Assembly: GCA_013239625.1 (NCBI GenBank)
Contig: MU056000.1
Coordinates: 14,285,787 to 14,349,786, forward strand
DNA length: 64,000 nt
Source: Lama guanicoe
Taxonomy: Eukaryota
Reading direction: 5' to 3'
In this document: positions 12,946 to 26,812 of the stretch, one piece after another
Layout of the letters: each line of letters opens with the position of its first letter
Position numbering within the stretch: position 1 is the first letter of the stretch
Notes under the pieces: model-generated
Database searches by the model: none
Told to the model about the DNA's origin: nothing
Seen by the model: the letters and a program-made list of their open reading frames with translations, nothing else
Position numbers and translations under genes: made by a program

Positions 12946-14605
12946 TAATTTACTATGTTTTAAAATGGATAACATACTTAATTAATTTTCTATAATATGA
13001 CTGTAATTTACCCATGGATGGCATTTTAAGTCTCTATAAAGAATCAGAGAGGTCAACCAAAGTAACTACTCAACTCTTTGTGATAATGAAATTTAAATCT
13101 CTTTATCTTCCTGAATCATCTCTGCAATTCTGGTAAGAGAATATTCTTTCCTTAACTGTTTTTAAATGGTAAAGATTTGATGTATGTGTTTAGAATGCTG
13201 AGTACTGAAACCACATTCACTTACACAAAATATGTGTAATCTTTCAAGAATTTCAAGCATTTTTATTTTTCAATTGTATATTATATGCAATTGTTAAAAG
13301 ACCTTCCCAGCATTGTGTAGACATGAAATGGTCTTATCAATGAAGGGGAAGAGACCCTTTCTCAAATTGGTATATTGTTAAAATGAGGTAAATACTGAAT
13401 TAGAAGAAGGCATTCTTCAAGTTATGCCTAGTATAATTATAATAGCATAATAATTGTTAACATAATGCTTACAGGATAACATATTTGAGAAATATATACT
13501 AAAGAAACATTAAAATAAATAAAATTAAGAGTTTTATGTAAGGGCTAGCTATTTTTTGTGATTACTTTTTTCTTCAAATATACAGCATTTTTGAAGGCCA
13601 CGTATAAGAAAAGATTGAGAAGTTAAAAAGATGGAAAGTAGAGATTTTTTTCCCATACTGCAATAACATTCTATAGTTTATTTCAGTTTCCTGTCCTAAT
13701 CAAAGGATCAAAGTATGAATCCAAACATCCCATAGAAATCAAATTAAAATGTGGTCATGGAGAATAGACTGCAACAGAAAGCAGATATTAGAGAAATAAA
13801 CACTTGCAAGCTTTTAAGAATGTATCAACATTATTAACTGAAAAATATGACATAGAGAACTCTGGTTTACAAGATCATCACTATTATATCCCCAAAAGAC
13901 TGTTGTAGTTGTAACTATTATTAAACTGGCCCAGCTGGAACTTAGAAAGTTTTTTTGAATCATATCAACAACTTGAAAATCAAAATCACAATTAAAAGAA
14001 CATGGATTAAAAATGCAGTTGGTATCCTTAACTAATAACTACTTAGTTACAAAAGTTTACCAGTTTATGCCATAAAATTCTTCATATTAACCATAAAATT
14101 TTGAAAAATTATGAAATATGCACGAAATAAGTATGAACTCAGTGTAAGCAAGTATGCATTATTTAGCAAAATGCATTAGTTTTAAAACAAAAACAATGTT
14201 ACTTTAAAATTAAATTACCCTTTTTAATATAAAGAAAAAGATACTGTGGTAATATACTTAAACTTACATCATTTTATCCTATGTACTCAATTCTGCAGAG
14301 ATGAAGGCTATACAAATATTTGCATGCTATTAAAATATATTAAAATGGTTCTAAATAAAACAAACCTTAAAGATATATTTGAATCAGTCTGAATATTGTT
14401 TCTTTTTAAATGAAATTGAATATTTTGTGGATTAGCATTTACTATTAGAACATTCAGGGAAGATTTATCCATATATCTCTATCAATATCATGCCTTAAGT
14501 AGAATTGAATTAGTTCCATAATGAGCTATTTAAAAAGAAATAAAAATAAGTAATTTTAGTAAAATAAACATATTATCAAAATTCTGATACAATTAAACAG
14601 AACTC

Positions 14606-17600
14606 AACACCAGAGCACATAAACACATAAAGCAGATATTTTTTACTGAACTGAAGGAGAGGAATGGACAACAATACAATAATACTAGGGGACATCAATG
14701 CCTCACTTTCAATAATGGATAGATCAGCCAGACAGAAATTCAATACAGAAATATTGGACTTAAATCATACATTCAACCAGATGGACTTAACAGATACTTA
14801 CAGAACATCCCAACCAACAACAGCAGAATACACATTATTTTCAAGAACTCATGGGACATTCACCAGGATAGATCATATGTTAGGTCACAAAATCTTACCA
14901 AATTTAAAAAGAATGAAATCATATCAAGCATCTTTTCCAACCACAGTGCTATAAAACTAGAACTCAATCACAAAAAGGAAACTGGAAAATTCATTAGCAT
15001 GTAGAGATTAAACAACATGCCACTGAACAACTGATTTTTTGGGGAAAAAATAGGCTGTCAGGAAAAATGGAGAGGTCCCAAATAGGTAAAAATATAAATG
15101 AAGGAAGAGAACTTACAACTGATAACACACAAATACAAAGAATCAAAAGAGACTACAATGAAAAATTATACAACAAAAAAAATCAAAAGATGAATCAAGA
15201 AATATATTTAGACAAGTGAAAATGGAAACACAACACAGAAAAATATATGGGATGCCATAAAAGCAGTTCTGAGATGGAAGTTTATAGTGATAAACACCTA
15301 CATTAAGAATAAAAAATGAAAGCTCTTAAGCAATATACCTTTACACCTAAAGAGCTAGAAAAAAAAAGGCTAAAGTTAGCAAAAATAAAGAAATAACAAA
15401 AATCAGGGTGAAAAATTTATAAAATAGAGACTAACACGATAGAAAAGATCAATGAAATCAAGAGCTTAAAAAAACAGACAAAATAGAGCTTTAGCTAGGC
15501 TAATTGTTAAAAAAAAAAAAAAAGAGTGGCCTCAGATAAGTAAAAGTACAAATGTAGAGAACTTACAACCAATAACACACAAATACAAAGAACCAAAAGA
15601 GGCTGCTATGAACAATAATGAACTAGCAAATTGGACAATTTAAAATAAATGGATAAATTCCTAGAAACATATAACCTACCAAGATTAAATAATGACAAAA
15701 TGAAAATCTGAACACATCTATTACTAGTAAGGAGATAAAACCAGCTATCAAAAAACAAAGGAAAACTCAGGGGCAGATGGCTTCACTGGTGATTTCTAAC
15801 AAACATTTAAAGAAGAATTAATATCAATCCTTCTTAAATTCTTCCAAGAGATAAAAGAGGAAGGAACTCTTCCAAAATCATTTTATAAAGCCACCATTAC
15901 CCCAATACCAAAACCAGACAAAGGCACTATAAGAAAAGAAAATTACAGGCCAATATGTCTGATGAACATAGGCACAAAAATCCTCAACAAAATATCAGCA
16001 AAAACAAATTAAAACAGTACATTAAAAGGATCATACATCATGATCAAGGGGGATTTATTCCAGGGATACATGGATGTTTCAACATCTATAAAATCAATTT
16101 GACACACCAGATTAAAAGAATGAAGAATACAAATCAAATGATTATCTTCATAAATACAGAAAAAGCATTTGACAAAACTCAATATCCTTTCATGATAACA
16201 ACTTTCAACAAATTGAGTAAAAATGGAACGTACCTCAATATAATAAAGGCCATATATAACAATGACATAGCTAGCATCATACTAAACAATGAGAAGCTGA
16301 AATCTTTTCCTTAAAGATCAGGAACAAGGATGTCCACTCTTACACATTTATTTAACACAGAACTAGAAGTTCTAGCCAGAGCAATTAGGCAAGAAAAATA
16401 AATAGAAATCATCCACATCAGAAAGGAAAAAGTAAAAACATCATCTCTATTTATCAATGATGTTATATATAAGAAAAACAAACAACCCCACCAAAACACT
16501 GTTAGAACTAATAAATAAGTTCAGTAAAGTTGCAGGATAAAAAAATCAATCTACAAAAATGAAATTTAAAAATCACATTTACAATAGCATCAAAAATCAT
16601 ACTTAGAAATAAATTTAACCAAGGAGGCAAAAGATCTGTACACTAAAAACTACAAAATATTACTAAAGGAAACTGAAGAAAATACAAATAAATGGAAAGA
16701 CATTCTATGTTCACAAATTGGAAGAATATTTTTAAAAGGCATAAACTACCCAAAGTGATTTACAGATCTGATGCAATCCTAATTTAAATCCCAAGGACGT
16801 TTTTACAAAAATAGAGGAAAAAAATCCTAAAATTTGTATGGGACAAAAAAAGACCTTGAATAATCAAAGCAATCTTAGGGAAGAAAATCAAAACTGGAAG
16901 CATCATCCTTCTGATTTCAAACACTATTACAAAGCTATAGTAATCAAAATAGTATATTGGAATAAAGATAAACACATAGATAAATGGAACAGAATAGAGA
17001 CCCTCAAAATAAACCCAGGTGTATATGGTCAATTAGTTTACCACAAAGGAGCCAAGAATATACAATGGGGAAAGAATAGTCTCTTCAATAAATGGTATTG
17101 GGAAAACTGGCCAGCCACATGCAGAAGAATGAAACTGACCCCCTATGTTATACCATACACAAAACTCCACTGAAAATGGATTATAGACTTGAATGTAACA
17201 CCTGACACTGTAAAACCTCTAGAAGAAAACAGGAGTAAGCTCCTTGATACCAGTCTTGACCGGTATATTTTACATTTGACCCCAGAAGCAAAGGCCACAA
17301 AGGCAAAAACAAAGCAGAACCCTCTCAAATTAAAAAGCTTCTGCACAACAAAGGAAATTATCAACAAAATTAAAAGGCAACATACAAAATGGGAAAATTA
17401 TTTCCAAATCTTATATCTGATAAGGAGTTAATATCTAAAATATATAAAGAATCTATACAAGGAATAACAAAAAAAAAATTTTGAAGAGCAAATAACCCGA
17501 ATAGATACTTTTCCAAAGACAACATACAAATGGCCAACATGTGCATGAAAAGATAGTCAATCATCAAGGTAATACATAGCAAAACCACAATGAAATAGCC

Positions 17601-18402
17601 ATTCTAACATATGTGAGTTGGTATCAGCAAAAAGACAACAGACAGACATTGGTGAGGATGTGGGGAAAAAGGAACATTTTCTCCATTGGTAAGAATGTAA
17701 ATTGGTGCATCCGCTATGAAAAAAAAAGTATGGAAGTCTGAGAAATTTAAAATAGATCTACCATATGATTCAGCAATCCTACTTCTGGATATATGTCCAA
17801 AGGAAAAGAAAACACAATCTGGAAGAAATATCTGCACTTCCATTTTCATTGCAGGGTTATTCACAATATCCAAGAAATGGAAACAATCTAAGTTTCCATT
17901 AATGGATTAACAGATAAAGAAGATGTAGTATACCAGTATACACAACGGAATATCATTCAGCCATGGACCCTGGGGACACTATGCTGCATCAAATATGTCA
18001 GGCAGAAAAAGAAAAATACTATATGATGTCACTTCTAGGTGGAATCTAAAGTAGACCTTAGAGAAACAGAAACTAGAATGGTGGTTACCAGAGTGGTGGT
18101 TCCTGGACAGTGCAGGAAAATAAATGTTGATCAAATACAAACTTCCAGCTACATGATGAATAAGTTCTGGGGATCTAACGTGCAGCATTGTGTCCCCAGG
18201 TTATATCTCTGAAAGTTGATAAAAGCACAGATTTAAAAGTTCTCACTACAAATAAGACATGGTTCTGATGTGATGTGATTCAGGTGTTAGCTAAAACTAT
18301 GGTGGTAATTATTTTGCCATACACTAGTGTATCAAATCAACACCCTGTACAACTTAAGCTAATACATGTTATACCAGTTATATCCCAATAAAGCTGGAAA
18401 AA
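14606..18402 (+). mobile_element. 5'-truncated dead LINE-1 (L1MA8-10-like): ORF2 endonuclease to C-terminus plus 3'UTR
   Basis: ORF pieces are L1 ORF2: NTIILGDINASLS/TRIDHML (EN), IIHHDQGGFIPG (RT), YYKAIVIK..W..DKWNRIE, LFNKWYWENW, LPYDSAILLL; ends 'cccaataaagctggaaaaa'; many frameshifts and stops. Confidence 0.96.
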
Positions 18403-18963
18403 TAGTAACTATGGATAATATGAAGATAAAGTTTGTTTAAAGTAAAATATTAAGCATCTTAAAACTGAACAATATAACTACTTTCAACTTAAAATTACAA
18501 AAATATTTTTAAATAGATATTGACAAAACCAAGCATTAAAGCAACAACTCTACCTGCCATCTACAGATAGTGGTGTTGCCTGTATGTTTCATTTTAGATT
18601 TATGAATAATGAGATTTAAAGATAGCTTTTCTTGTATATGCAATTGGATGAACCCTCGGGAAAATGTTTGGAAATAAATTTGCCAAATATTACCAGCCTT
18701 CATACTTGATGAGTAAGAATGGTGAGATTACTCTCTTCTGTATTATTAAAAATTGGTTAGAAACATAGTAAAGCTATTTGAAGCTAAATAATGAGAATAT
18801 TAGCAAAAGTATCAGTGTGCAATTAAAATGGTGAGATGACTCACCCACATTTATCTTATAAAAATGGCAAATTGGACACAGTTTTGCTTTAGTAAATACT
18901 TATCTGGTTAATAAACAAAATCTTCCTTTAAAAACCAGCGTATCTTTTACTCTTGTTTTACAG

Positions 18964-19011
18964 TTTGACGTGTACTACAGAAAATTCTACAACGATGAGA
19001 TCATTTCATGA
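18964..19011 (+). CDS. Candidate terminal exon C, coding part (FDVYYRKFYNDEIIS* in phase 0), product unknown
   Basis: Acceptor 'tcttttactcttgttttacag|'; retained CpGs; TGA 19009-19011 when spliced to exon B; AATAAA at 19627-19632. Confidence 0.33.
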   Translation, partial: FDVYYRKFYNDEIIS

Positions 19012-19039
19012 TGTAGATCTTTAAAAGGCCTGAAACAAC

Positions 19040-19260
19040 AGCAATTATCAGCACTTAGATGGCACTCATTGCGGGCCAAGCACTGTTCTAAATCCATCAT
19101 CTGTGTTCATAATTTAACCCTCATAAAACACAGTGATGGAGGTACTATTATGTCTCCTATTATATACCTGAGAACACTGAGGCTCACGGGGACTAATTCC
19201 TGAAGTGATACAGATGGAAAGAGGTGGTGCCAGCTTCTGAACCCAAATGAGGTTTAGAAT
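19040..19260 (-). mobile_element. MIR SINE
   Basis: 'ggccaagcactgttctaa...tttaaccctcataaaacac...ggtactattat...gaacactgaggctca'. Confidence 0.8.
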
Positions 19261-20213
19261 GGGTTCACTCAGTGACTTCCCACACAAATACAGCAGCAGT
19301 GTGGCTGCTGCCTTGCAAGACGCCAATGAGATGGCACAGTACTAACCTTCAATGACAATGCAAAAGGTTGGTTATGTAGGTATTTTATTATGTATAATAA
19401 TCAAAATATTGGAAGATGTCTCTACCTTTCCTGTATTTAGGTTGATGGAGAGAGCATTTAACCAAATGAACCTTAAACTGGCATGGAAACCACCGTCAAA
19501 ACGAATGGCTCTTCTATTTTCTTAAAAACATCTATCACAAAAAGAAATACCTTACACATCTAGACATTCAAAAGCCCTTAAAATACGTTGAGATCAGACA
19601 GAATACTTGGGTCAAACCCTTTAAACAATAAAATAATAGTTAAGTACATTTTATGGAAGATAATGAACCACTGATCAATGCTCCCAATTTATTGTTTTAA
19701 ATGATTCTTCACTTAAATCTTATTATAAATTTATATTTGGAGTATAAATTACATTGAATTTGGTCTAATATGCTTCTTTAGAAATAAAAAGAATTGTGTC
19801 TTTGATCAAAGTTTTCAACTGTCAGATATTTTGGGCCATTCATCAACAGGTATTAGAAATACTGGTTTTTTATGAGAACTTTTCATTTATGAATTCTTTA
19901 CTAAAGTATCATTGAATCAGCTTATAAATATTGTGGATTACTTTTTCATAAAATGCTTATTCAATTACATCAGAAGGAAATATTCTCAGTACCATAACAC
20001 TAAAAAAAAAAGTTCTTTACCTTTTAATACTATTTTTCACCTTTCTAAATGATTTCACAAATACTTTGTTTTATTAACATAAATAAACTTTATAAGCTTT
20101 GCATATCAGGAATTAGCTATGTGTTGGTGACTGTAAGCAAAATTTTATGTTGTAAGAATTCTCTGTATCTCCATTTACTTACTACTATTATTTACAACTA
20201 TAGAAATCACTAA

Positions 20214-20257
20214 GAACCACAGTTCAAATATGAACCACAGTTCAAATATGAACCACA
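20214..20257. repeat. Perfect 18 bp tandem repeat GAACCACAGTTCAAATAT x2.4
   Basis: Read directly. Confidence 0.9.
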
Positions 20258-20379
20258 AAAAAGGAAAACTTTTCATTGAGCCACAGTGGGTGTTGACAAA
20301 TATCACATTTTGCTAGTGAGCAATCTAATCGCAAATTTTAACATCTAGTCCAAATGTTTCATTTAGCTGAAAAATCACT

Positions 20380-20725
20380 TGGGTTATTGTTTCAGATGTC
20401 TTTCAAATAATGCAGTTGCCTTGGTAAATTCTGAGTCCCAGACACTGTGCTGGTGCCACAGTCTAAACAAGATACTAAACCTCCCTTTCTCCACAAGACA
20501 TAGATATTCTGCCTCCTAAATATCTTTAGATTTAAATGCACCATGTACTTTCCCCTTCTGCATTTCACAACTATAATGGAGCTGACCCGGTCAGCACTGA
20601 ATACCTGTTGCCTGCATACTTGTCTCCACAAACAGATGCCATGTTTCTCATGGGTAGTAATGTTACTTAGCGTAAAACTCAGTGTCCAGCACAGATACAT
20701 AGTAAGGAAAAATTTGTAATGAACT
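20380..20725 (+). mobile_element. L2 fragment
   Basis: Ends 'cagtgtccagcacagatacatagtaagg...aatttgtaatgaa'. Confidence 0.5.
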
Positions 20726-21379
20726 AAAAGCTAGTTTTAAACATGCATGTGATTTCTTTGGGATGCTTCCTATGTTGTATTACAATGCATTATATTTTAT
20801 ACCAGATAAAATAATTTGGATAATATATTTACAATTGATGCATGCCTTTAATGTGTTATTGTGAAAACAAGCATTATTTGCCATCAGTCTATAGTCGCAG
20901 AAACCACACAGCATAAAAGGTGGCAGTGACAGATAATCTCTGGACTTCATAAATTGAAAGCACTGTGGTTGAAAGTCAGCTATTTGATTTAGAATGTAAC
21001 ACAAAAGCCTGATGACATTTTTTCCCATTTCATATACGGACAAACTGAAGAGTAAAAGATAAATTGACTTTATCAAGAAAAATTGGCAAATAAAATGGCT
21101 CGTCACTGCTATTTATCTTGATTCCTGTGTTTCTTGCTCTTAATCGGGGGCTGTTTCAGGAGCCAAGCTCTTTATTCTTTAGGGAAAAACGTGTCAACAA
21201 CCCGAGTTTCATTTATTATGATAAATAAACTTTATCTCCTTCTTAATTTCTCTGTGATTTCCTGCGTGTTTACAGACACAATTTATTTGTCTGAGTTTGT
21301 TTTTAAGTTATCAGTTCTATTGCTTCACTATTTAGATACCTGTAGGCAAAATAGCACTTAACTGAAGACCTTGGTTCTT

Positions 21380-21560
21380 TTGCAGACCAGATGGCTTACA
21401 GGCATGTGGCCTTACAACAGCCAATTAGGATCCTCAGTTTTTGTCAGGAACTGTATATGATAAAGACATGGTATGTGCTCAGCTTAATACACTGAGCTAT
21501 TATGAGAACTATTTGGAATAACTTCTATGAAAACATCTTTATAAATTATGAAATCTACAA
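21380..21560 (+). mobile_element. MIR fragment
   Basis: 'gcatgtggcctt...cctcagtttt...ctgtatatg...gctattatgagaact'. Confidence 0.45.
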
Positions 21561-22654
21561 ATACAAGGCATAACACATAACAGATTGCCTTACAAATGTA
21601 ATACAGTTCTTTTGTTTTGTATTTGTATAACTAGTTTTACAAACTAGTAAAATTAGTATACATGAACTTTATCACTGGCAGTAATTTTTTTTTTTTTAAG
21701 AGTTGTGTATTTGTTGGTGCTTGTGATTAGATTTTCCCCGAGGGCCTTAAAATATGGGCTACTCGGATTGTGAAAACCAATTTGTTCCTCCATATTGAAT
21801 CCACATATGTGCACTATGGTCCTGCCCAAATCACAGTGCTTTGCTTCGACACCCTGAACATTACCAAGAAAATTACATAATTTATTCTCCTAGGTACATC
21901 TATGATGCAGTCTCCACAGGTTTATGACTTCCAAGTTTTGTCAGAGTTTTAGGGAAATATATCCTTTATAATTTTTTACTTGATTTTACAATTTTTTTTT
22001 ACTAATTTTAAATTGAGTTTAAAAGCTTTCTTGGGTATCTCTGCTCATTAAAAATGAAAAATTAACATATATAATAAAATTTTACGTCAGAATATATCAT
22101 TCGTATAGTCTATTCCAGGGGTTGATGTTAAGTAGATGCAATTAATTTGGTATAAAAATTTCAACACAAAATAGCATAAATAATTTAACTGTAGTTTAAA
22201 ATTTAATTTTCCTAAAATAAATAGATTATGAGCAAAGTGCCTTGAACAGTAGCTTAGATTTTCATAATTTTATAAGAAAAAGATGAAAGATATTAGAAGT
22301 TACAATATTGAGATATCTTGAGATTTTAAAAAGGATATGAAATATCATAAAGGCAATTCTTATAGTGCTTTGAATGAATTTACTCATTTATCCAAAATAT
22401 ATTCAAATAACTACATGGAAATCACTGGAGGAGACTTCACAATGGGGTTGTTTTTATTGATTGCATTTTCAAAATAGGTTTATGTATTTTTATAAAATAT
22501 GCAAAAATTATGATGATTAATGCTGGAAAAGCAATATGACAAATCTGGCCAGGATAGATCTTGTAACAAAAACTGCAACAACTGAGAATAAATTCTGAAA
22601 GTCCAAACAATAGTATAAATTTTAATTTTGCTTGTATCCTGCGTCTGTATACAT

Positions 22655-22820
22655 TTCTCTAGCTGCCTTGATTCTGAAGCACATGAAGAAATTTTTGAAA
22701 ATGCAGAGACTCAGGCTCCGGGCTTTCTCAGATTCTAACAAAGAGGTCTGGGCTGTGGAATCTCTGCCAGTCTCCCTCCCCCCCTGACATTCCCAATAAG
22801 TATGGGGATACAGTCAACAC
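22655..22820. mobile_element. MER5-like hAT-Charlie MITE remnant
   Basis: 'gaaatttttgaaaatgcagagactcaggctcc...cagattctaac...aggtctgggctgtgg'. Confidence 0.55.
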
Positions 22821-23369
22821 TCCTCTATGGAATGTAAGTTTAACCTAACAGATCTCATTTTTTTCCAGCAGTATGTCCAACAACCAAAACATGATAATAT
22901 ATTTTTTATACTTACAAGAAACAGCAACAAAAAATAAGTAAATAGATGTGGCAAACAAGGAAATTAAAGCTATACTTGAGATGTTCAGTAAAAGGTTTCT
23001 GATTTTTCTGAGGCCAGAAAATATCAGAGTATTAACAGGCAAATATTAAGTAAAATTATAAACATTCTCAAAATAAATTTGGTTTTTTAACAGGTTATAA
23101 CAATATTGGCCATCAAAAAATGTGCTACATTTATGTGTAATTTTGCACTAATAAATTTGGAAGTGTTTCTAGCTACAGTGACATATCAGTAGAATCTTGA
23201 ATATTATTTTTAATTCCTTATGGAAAAAAAAGCAATGTGATAACTAAATATATGAATTCATAATAGATGCTTTTCAGTCACTTTGAGCTTCCCCTGTGAT
23301 TTTTCTATATTTACCTGTGTGGTGTGGTTTGGAGGCATCATTAAAATCAATAACAAGTTATAACTTAGA

Positions 23370-23800
23370 TAAGTCAGACAGATAAAAACAAATACTTTAT
23401 GATCTTACTTAAATGTGGAATTTAAAAAGAAAGAAAGAAAGAAAAAAACAAACAGGCTTATAGATACAGAGACCAGACTGGTGGTGGGCAGAGGTGAGGG
23501 GTTGGGTGGTGGGCAAAATAGGTGAAGGGGGTCCAAAGATACAAACTTCCAGTTATGAAATAACTGGGGGTGGAAGTTACAGCATGATGACTTTCGTTAA
23601 TAATACTATATTGCATATTCAAAAGTTACTAAGAGACTCAAAAGTCCTCATCACAAGAAAAAATATTTTTAACTGTATATGGTGACAAATGTTAACTAGA
23701 TTTACTGTGATGATCATTTCACCATATATACACATATTGAATCATTATGTTAAACTTCTGAAACTAATATAATGCTATGTGTAAATATACCTCAAAAAGA
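23370..23800 (+). mobile_element. L1 3'UTR fragment (L1MA9-like)
   Basis: 'aagtcagacagataaaaacaaatac...tagatacagagaccagactggtgg...tgaaactaatataatgctatgtgtaaatatacctcaaaaa'; similar to 29230-29680. Confidence 0.88.
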
Positions 23801-24534
23801 GATAAATACAATAACAAAAAAGGAAAATCTCACTGTCAAAAACAATTCTCTAACTCCATCCACATTGCATAAAACATTAACAGCATACTTATCTAAAGCC
23901 TTTATTGTAAGGCTCAGTTAATCACTGAGAACCCTCACCTAAACAAACTTGCTAAGTTATTAATACTATCTACTTACTTTCAGTATCAAACTCATTATGT
24001 ATTCAAGCTCACTGTGTACTGTACCATAGCTGCTCAGGCCAGTAGTTGATTTTAACTAAATGAAAATCTTCTAATGACCAAGGGCTAATTGATTTTTAAC
24101 CCAACTATAAATTAAAGAAAGGTTGCTCATTAATGATGAATATTTCCATATTTTGCCATCATGTCGATATTGGTATATCTTATATGTATCTTATGTGTTT
24201 TGTTTCTAAGGAAATAAGAAATGAACTGCAGATTTAGACACTGCTTTGGCGAGGTCATTCATTTTCATTTTTTTCTCTATGTTTTATTTTGATTTTTTTT
24301 TTTTTTGCCAGAATTTGAAACTCAAGAAAATAAATTTGGGTGTATTTACAGTGCTGCATGGTGTTGCTAACAAAATAGGAGCCTTGTCACTCTTCCTTTT
24401 TTTATCTGGTCTATCTTATATACCTATTAGACAATAACTTCCAATTTTATAATATATATATTCCCATAAGTTTAATCTATATTTATAATATCTAACATAA
24501 ATATTATTTAATATTTAATAAATAATAATAATAT

Positions 24535-25035
24535 AAGCACTATTCAGTCTTAAAAAGAAGGAAAATCCTATTTGAGACAACATAGACAGGAGGACATTAT
24601 GCTAAATGAAATAAACCAGACAGAGAAAGACACATACTGCATTGGTACCACTTATATATGGATATGTGGGATCTTTAAAAAAAAAAAGTCAAGTTCATAG
24701 AAACAGTAGAAAAAGCTGCCAGGAGCTGGGGGATGAGGGAAATAGGGAGAACTGGTGAAAGGATGCAAACTTTCAGCTGTAAGATGAGTAAATTTTGAGA
24801 ATCTAATGTATAACATGGTGACTATAGTTGATAACAATGTATTATATAATTGAAATTTGCTAAGAGAGTAGAACTTAATTGTTCTCACAAAAATTTAAAA
24901 AAGGTAAACATGTGAAGTGATCGGATGTGTTAATTAACTCAATGGGGAGAATAATTTCACAATGTATACATATATCAAATCATTGTATTATATACTTTAA
25001 GCATCTTAGTCATACTAAATAACACTGAAAAACAA
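24535..25035 (+). mobile_element. L1 3'UTR fragment (L1MA8-like)
   Basis: 'tattcagtcttaaaaagaaggaaaatcc...ggacattatgctaaatgaaataaaccagacagagaaagac...tgaaatttgctaagagagtaga'. Confidence 0.88.
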
Positions 25036-25189
25036 AAGAATGAAACAACAGGGGAAAGAAGAAAAGAACTGAAGATGAGCACCAGCTATGTACCAGATAC
25101 CAGCTGGTTGCTCTGTATTGATCACTTCATAACTTCCTAGAAACCCTAAAATTTTGGTTTTTTCCCCCATTTAAAAGACACAAAATGTT

Positions 25190-25345
25190 GATTTCCTGGC
25201 TTTGAAAATATACCACAGTTGTTCTGAGATCCATTTGAGAGACCGAGACAATGGGCACACAGAGGACTTCTCGGTAGTATTTTTACAACTACTGTGTCTA
25301 TACTTATTGCAAACCCTAAACCTAAAATGTTAAAATAAATTTAAA
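25190..25345 (+). mobile_element. Older L1 (L1MC-like) 3' end fragment
   Basis: 'tgatttcctggctttgaaaat...ggacttctcggtagtatttttacaact'. Confidence 0.45.
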
Positions 25346-25346
25346 A

Positions 25347-26812
25347 GATCATATTTGCAAATACAGATAATTTTATGTCTGCCTTTTCAATTTGGATGTA
25401 TTTTATTTCTTTTTCTTGCCTAATAGCCTTGGCTAGAACTTCTAGTGCTACATTGGACAGAAATGGTAAATATGGGACTCCTTGCCTCGTCTCTAGTTTT
25501 AGCGGAAAAGCTTTTAGTCTTTCACCATTGATTAGGGATTTTACTGTGGGATTTCTGTATATGGCTTTTATTATACTGAGGTCATTTCCTTCTATTTCTA
25601 GAAGGAGTATTTTTTATCATGAAAGGGTTTGGGGTTTTTGTCAAATGCTTTTTCTGCATCAATTGATTTGATCATGTTTGTGTGTTTTCTCCATTCTGTT
25701 GATGTCATGCATTTTACTGATTTTCATATGTTGAATCATCCTTGCATCACAGGGATAAAATAATTATTCACTATGACCAAGTGAGATTTAATATGTTGCT
25801 GAATTAGGATTGTTACTATTTTGCTTAATGATCTTAAGGATATTGGTCTGTATATTTTTTGTAGTGTTTTTGTCTGGCATTGGTATCAGGTAAATCTGGC
25901 TTCAAAGAATGAATTAAGAAGTTTTCCCTCCTATTCAATTCTTTGAACTGTTGAAGAGTTGGTATTAATTCTTCTTTAAATATTTGATAGAATTCACTAG
26001 TGAAGCCATCAGGTCCAGGGATTTTCATTGTCAGGAGATTTGATTAATAATTCAATCTCCTTACTAGTTATAGGTATATTCAGATTTTCTATTTCTTCAT
26101 GTTTCAGTATTAATATGTTTTAGGTTTCTAAGATTTTTTCCATTTCATCTAGGTTTTTGAATTTGTCATTATACAATTGTTCATGCTTCTTGCTTTTAAA
26201 TCTTTAGAATTTACAACCAGTAAAATCGGTAGGAATGCCCCAGTTTCATTTTTGATTTTAGTAATTTGAGTCTTTGTCTTGGTCCATGTAACTAAATGTT
26301 TGTCAATTTTATTGATCTTTACAAAGAACCAACTTTTGGTTTCATTGATATTCTCTATTCTCTAGTCAATCTGTGCTCTAGTTGTTATTATTATATGCCT
26401 TTTGCAAGCTTTAGGTTTAGTTTGTTTTTCTTTTTGTAGTTCCTTAAGTTGTAAATTTAGTTTCTTGATTTGAGATCTTTCTTATTTTCTAATGTGTTTA
26501 TAGCTTTAAATGTCCCCCTTAACACTGCTTTCACTGTGTCCAGTAAGTTTTGATATGTTGTGTTTTCATTTTCATTTATCTCTAAGTATTTTACAATTTC
26601 ATTCATGATTTCTTTTTCTATTCATTGGTTGTTAAAAGTGGCTTTTCCATTTTCCTACTATTGTTTTCTAACTTCAGCTCATTGTTGTTGAAGATGATTA
26701 TTTCTGTGCCATTTATCTTTTCAAACCTACTGAGACTTAATTGGTGGCCGAACATATGGTCTATCCTGGCAAATGCCCAGCTGTACTTAAGAATGTATGT
26801 AATGTTGGGTGG
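25347..26812 (-). mobile_element. L1 ORF2 fragment (EN end to RT)
   Basis: Minus-strand ORF pieces [24 protein letters not shown] and FARIDHMFGH. Confidence 0.93.

Noticed and set aside
14664..17910. L1 ORF2-like ORFs as functional genes
   Set aside because: Short pieces separated by frameshifts and stops; the RT catalytic motif region near 16445-16465 is degraded; ORF1 and promoter are absent.
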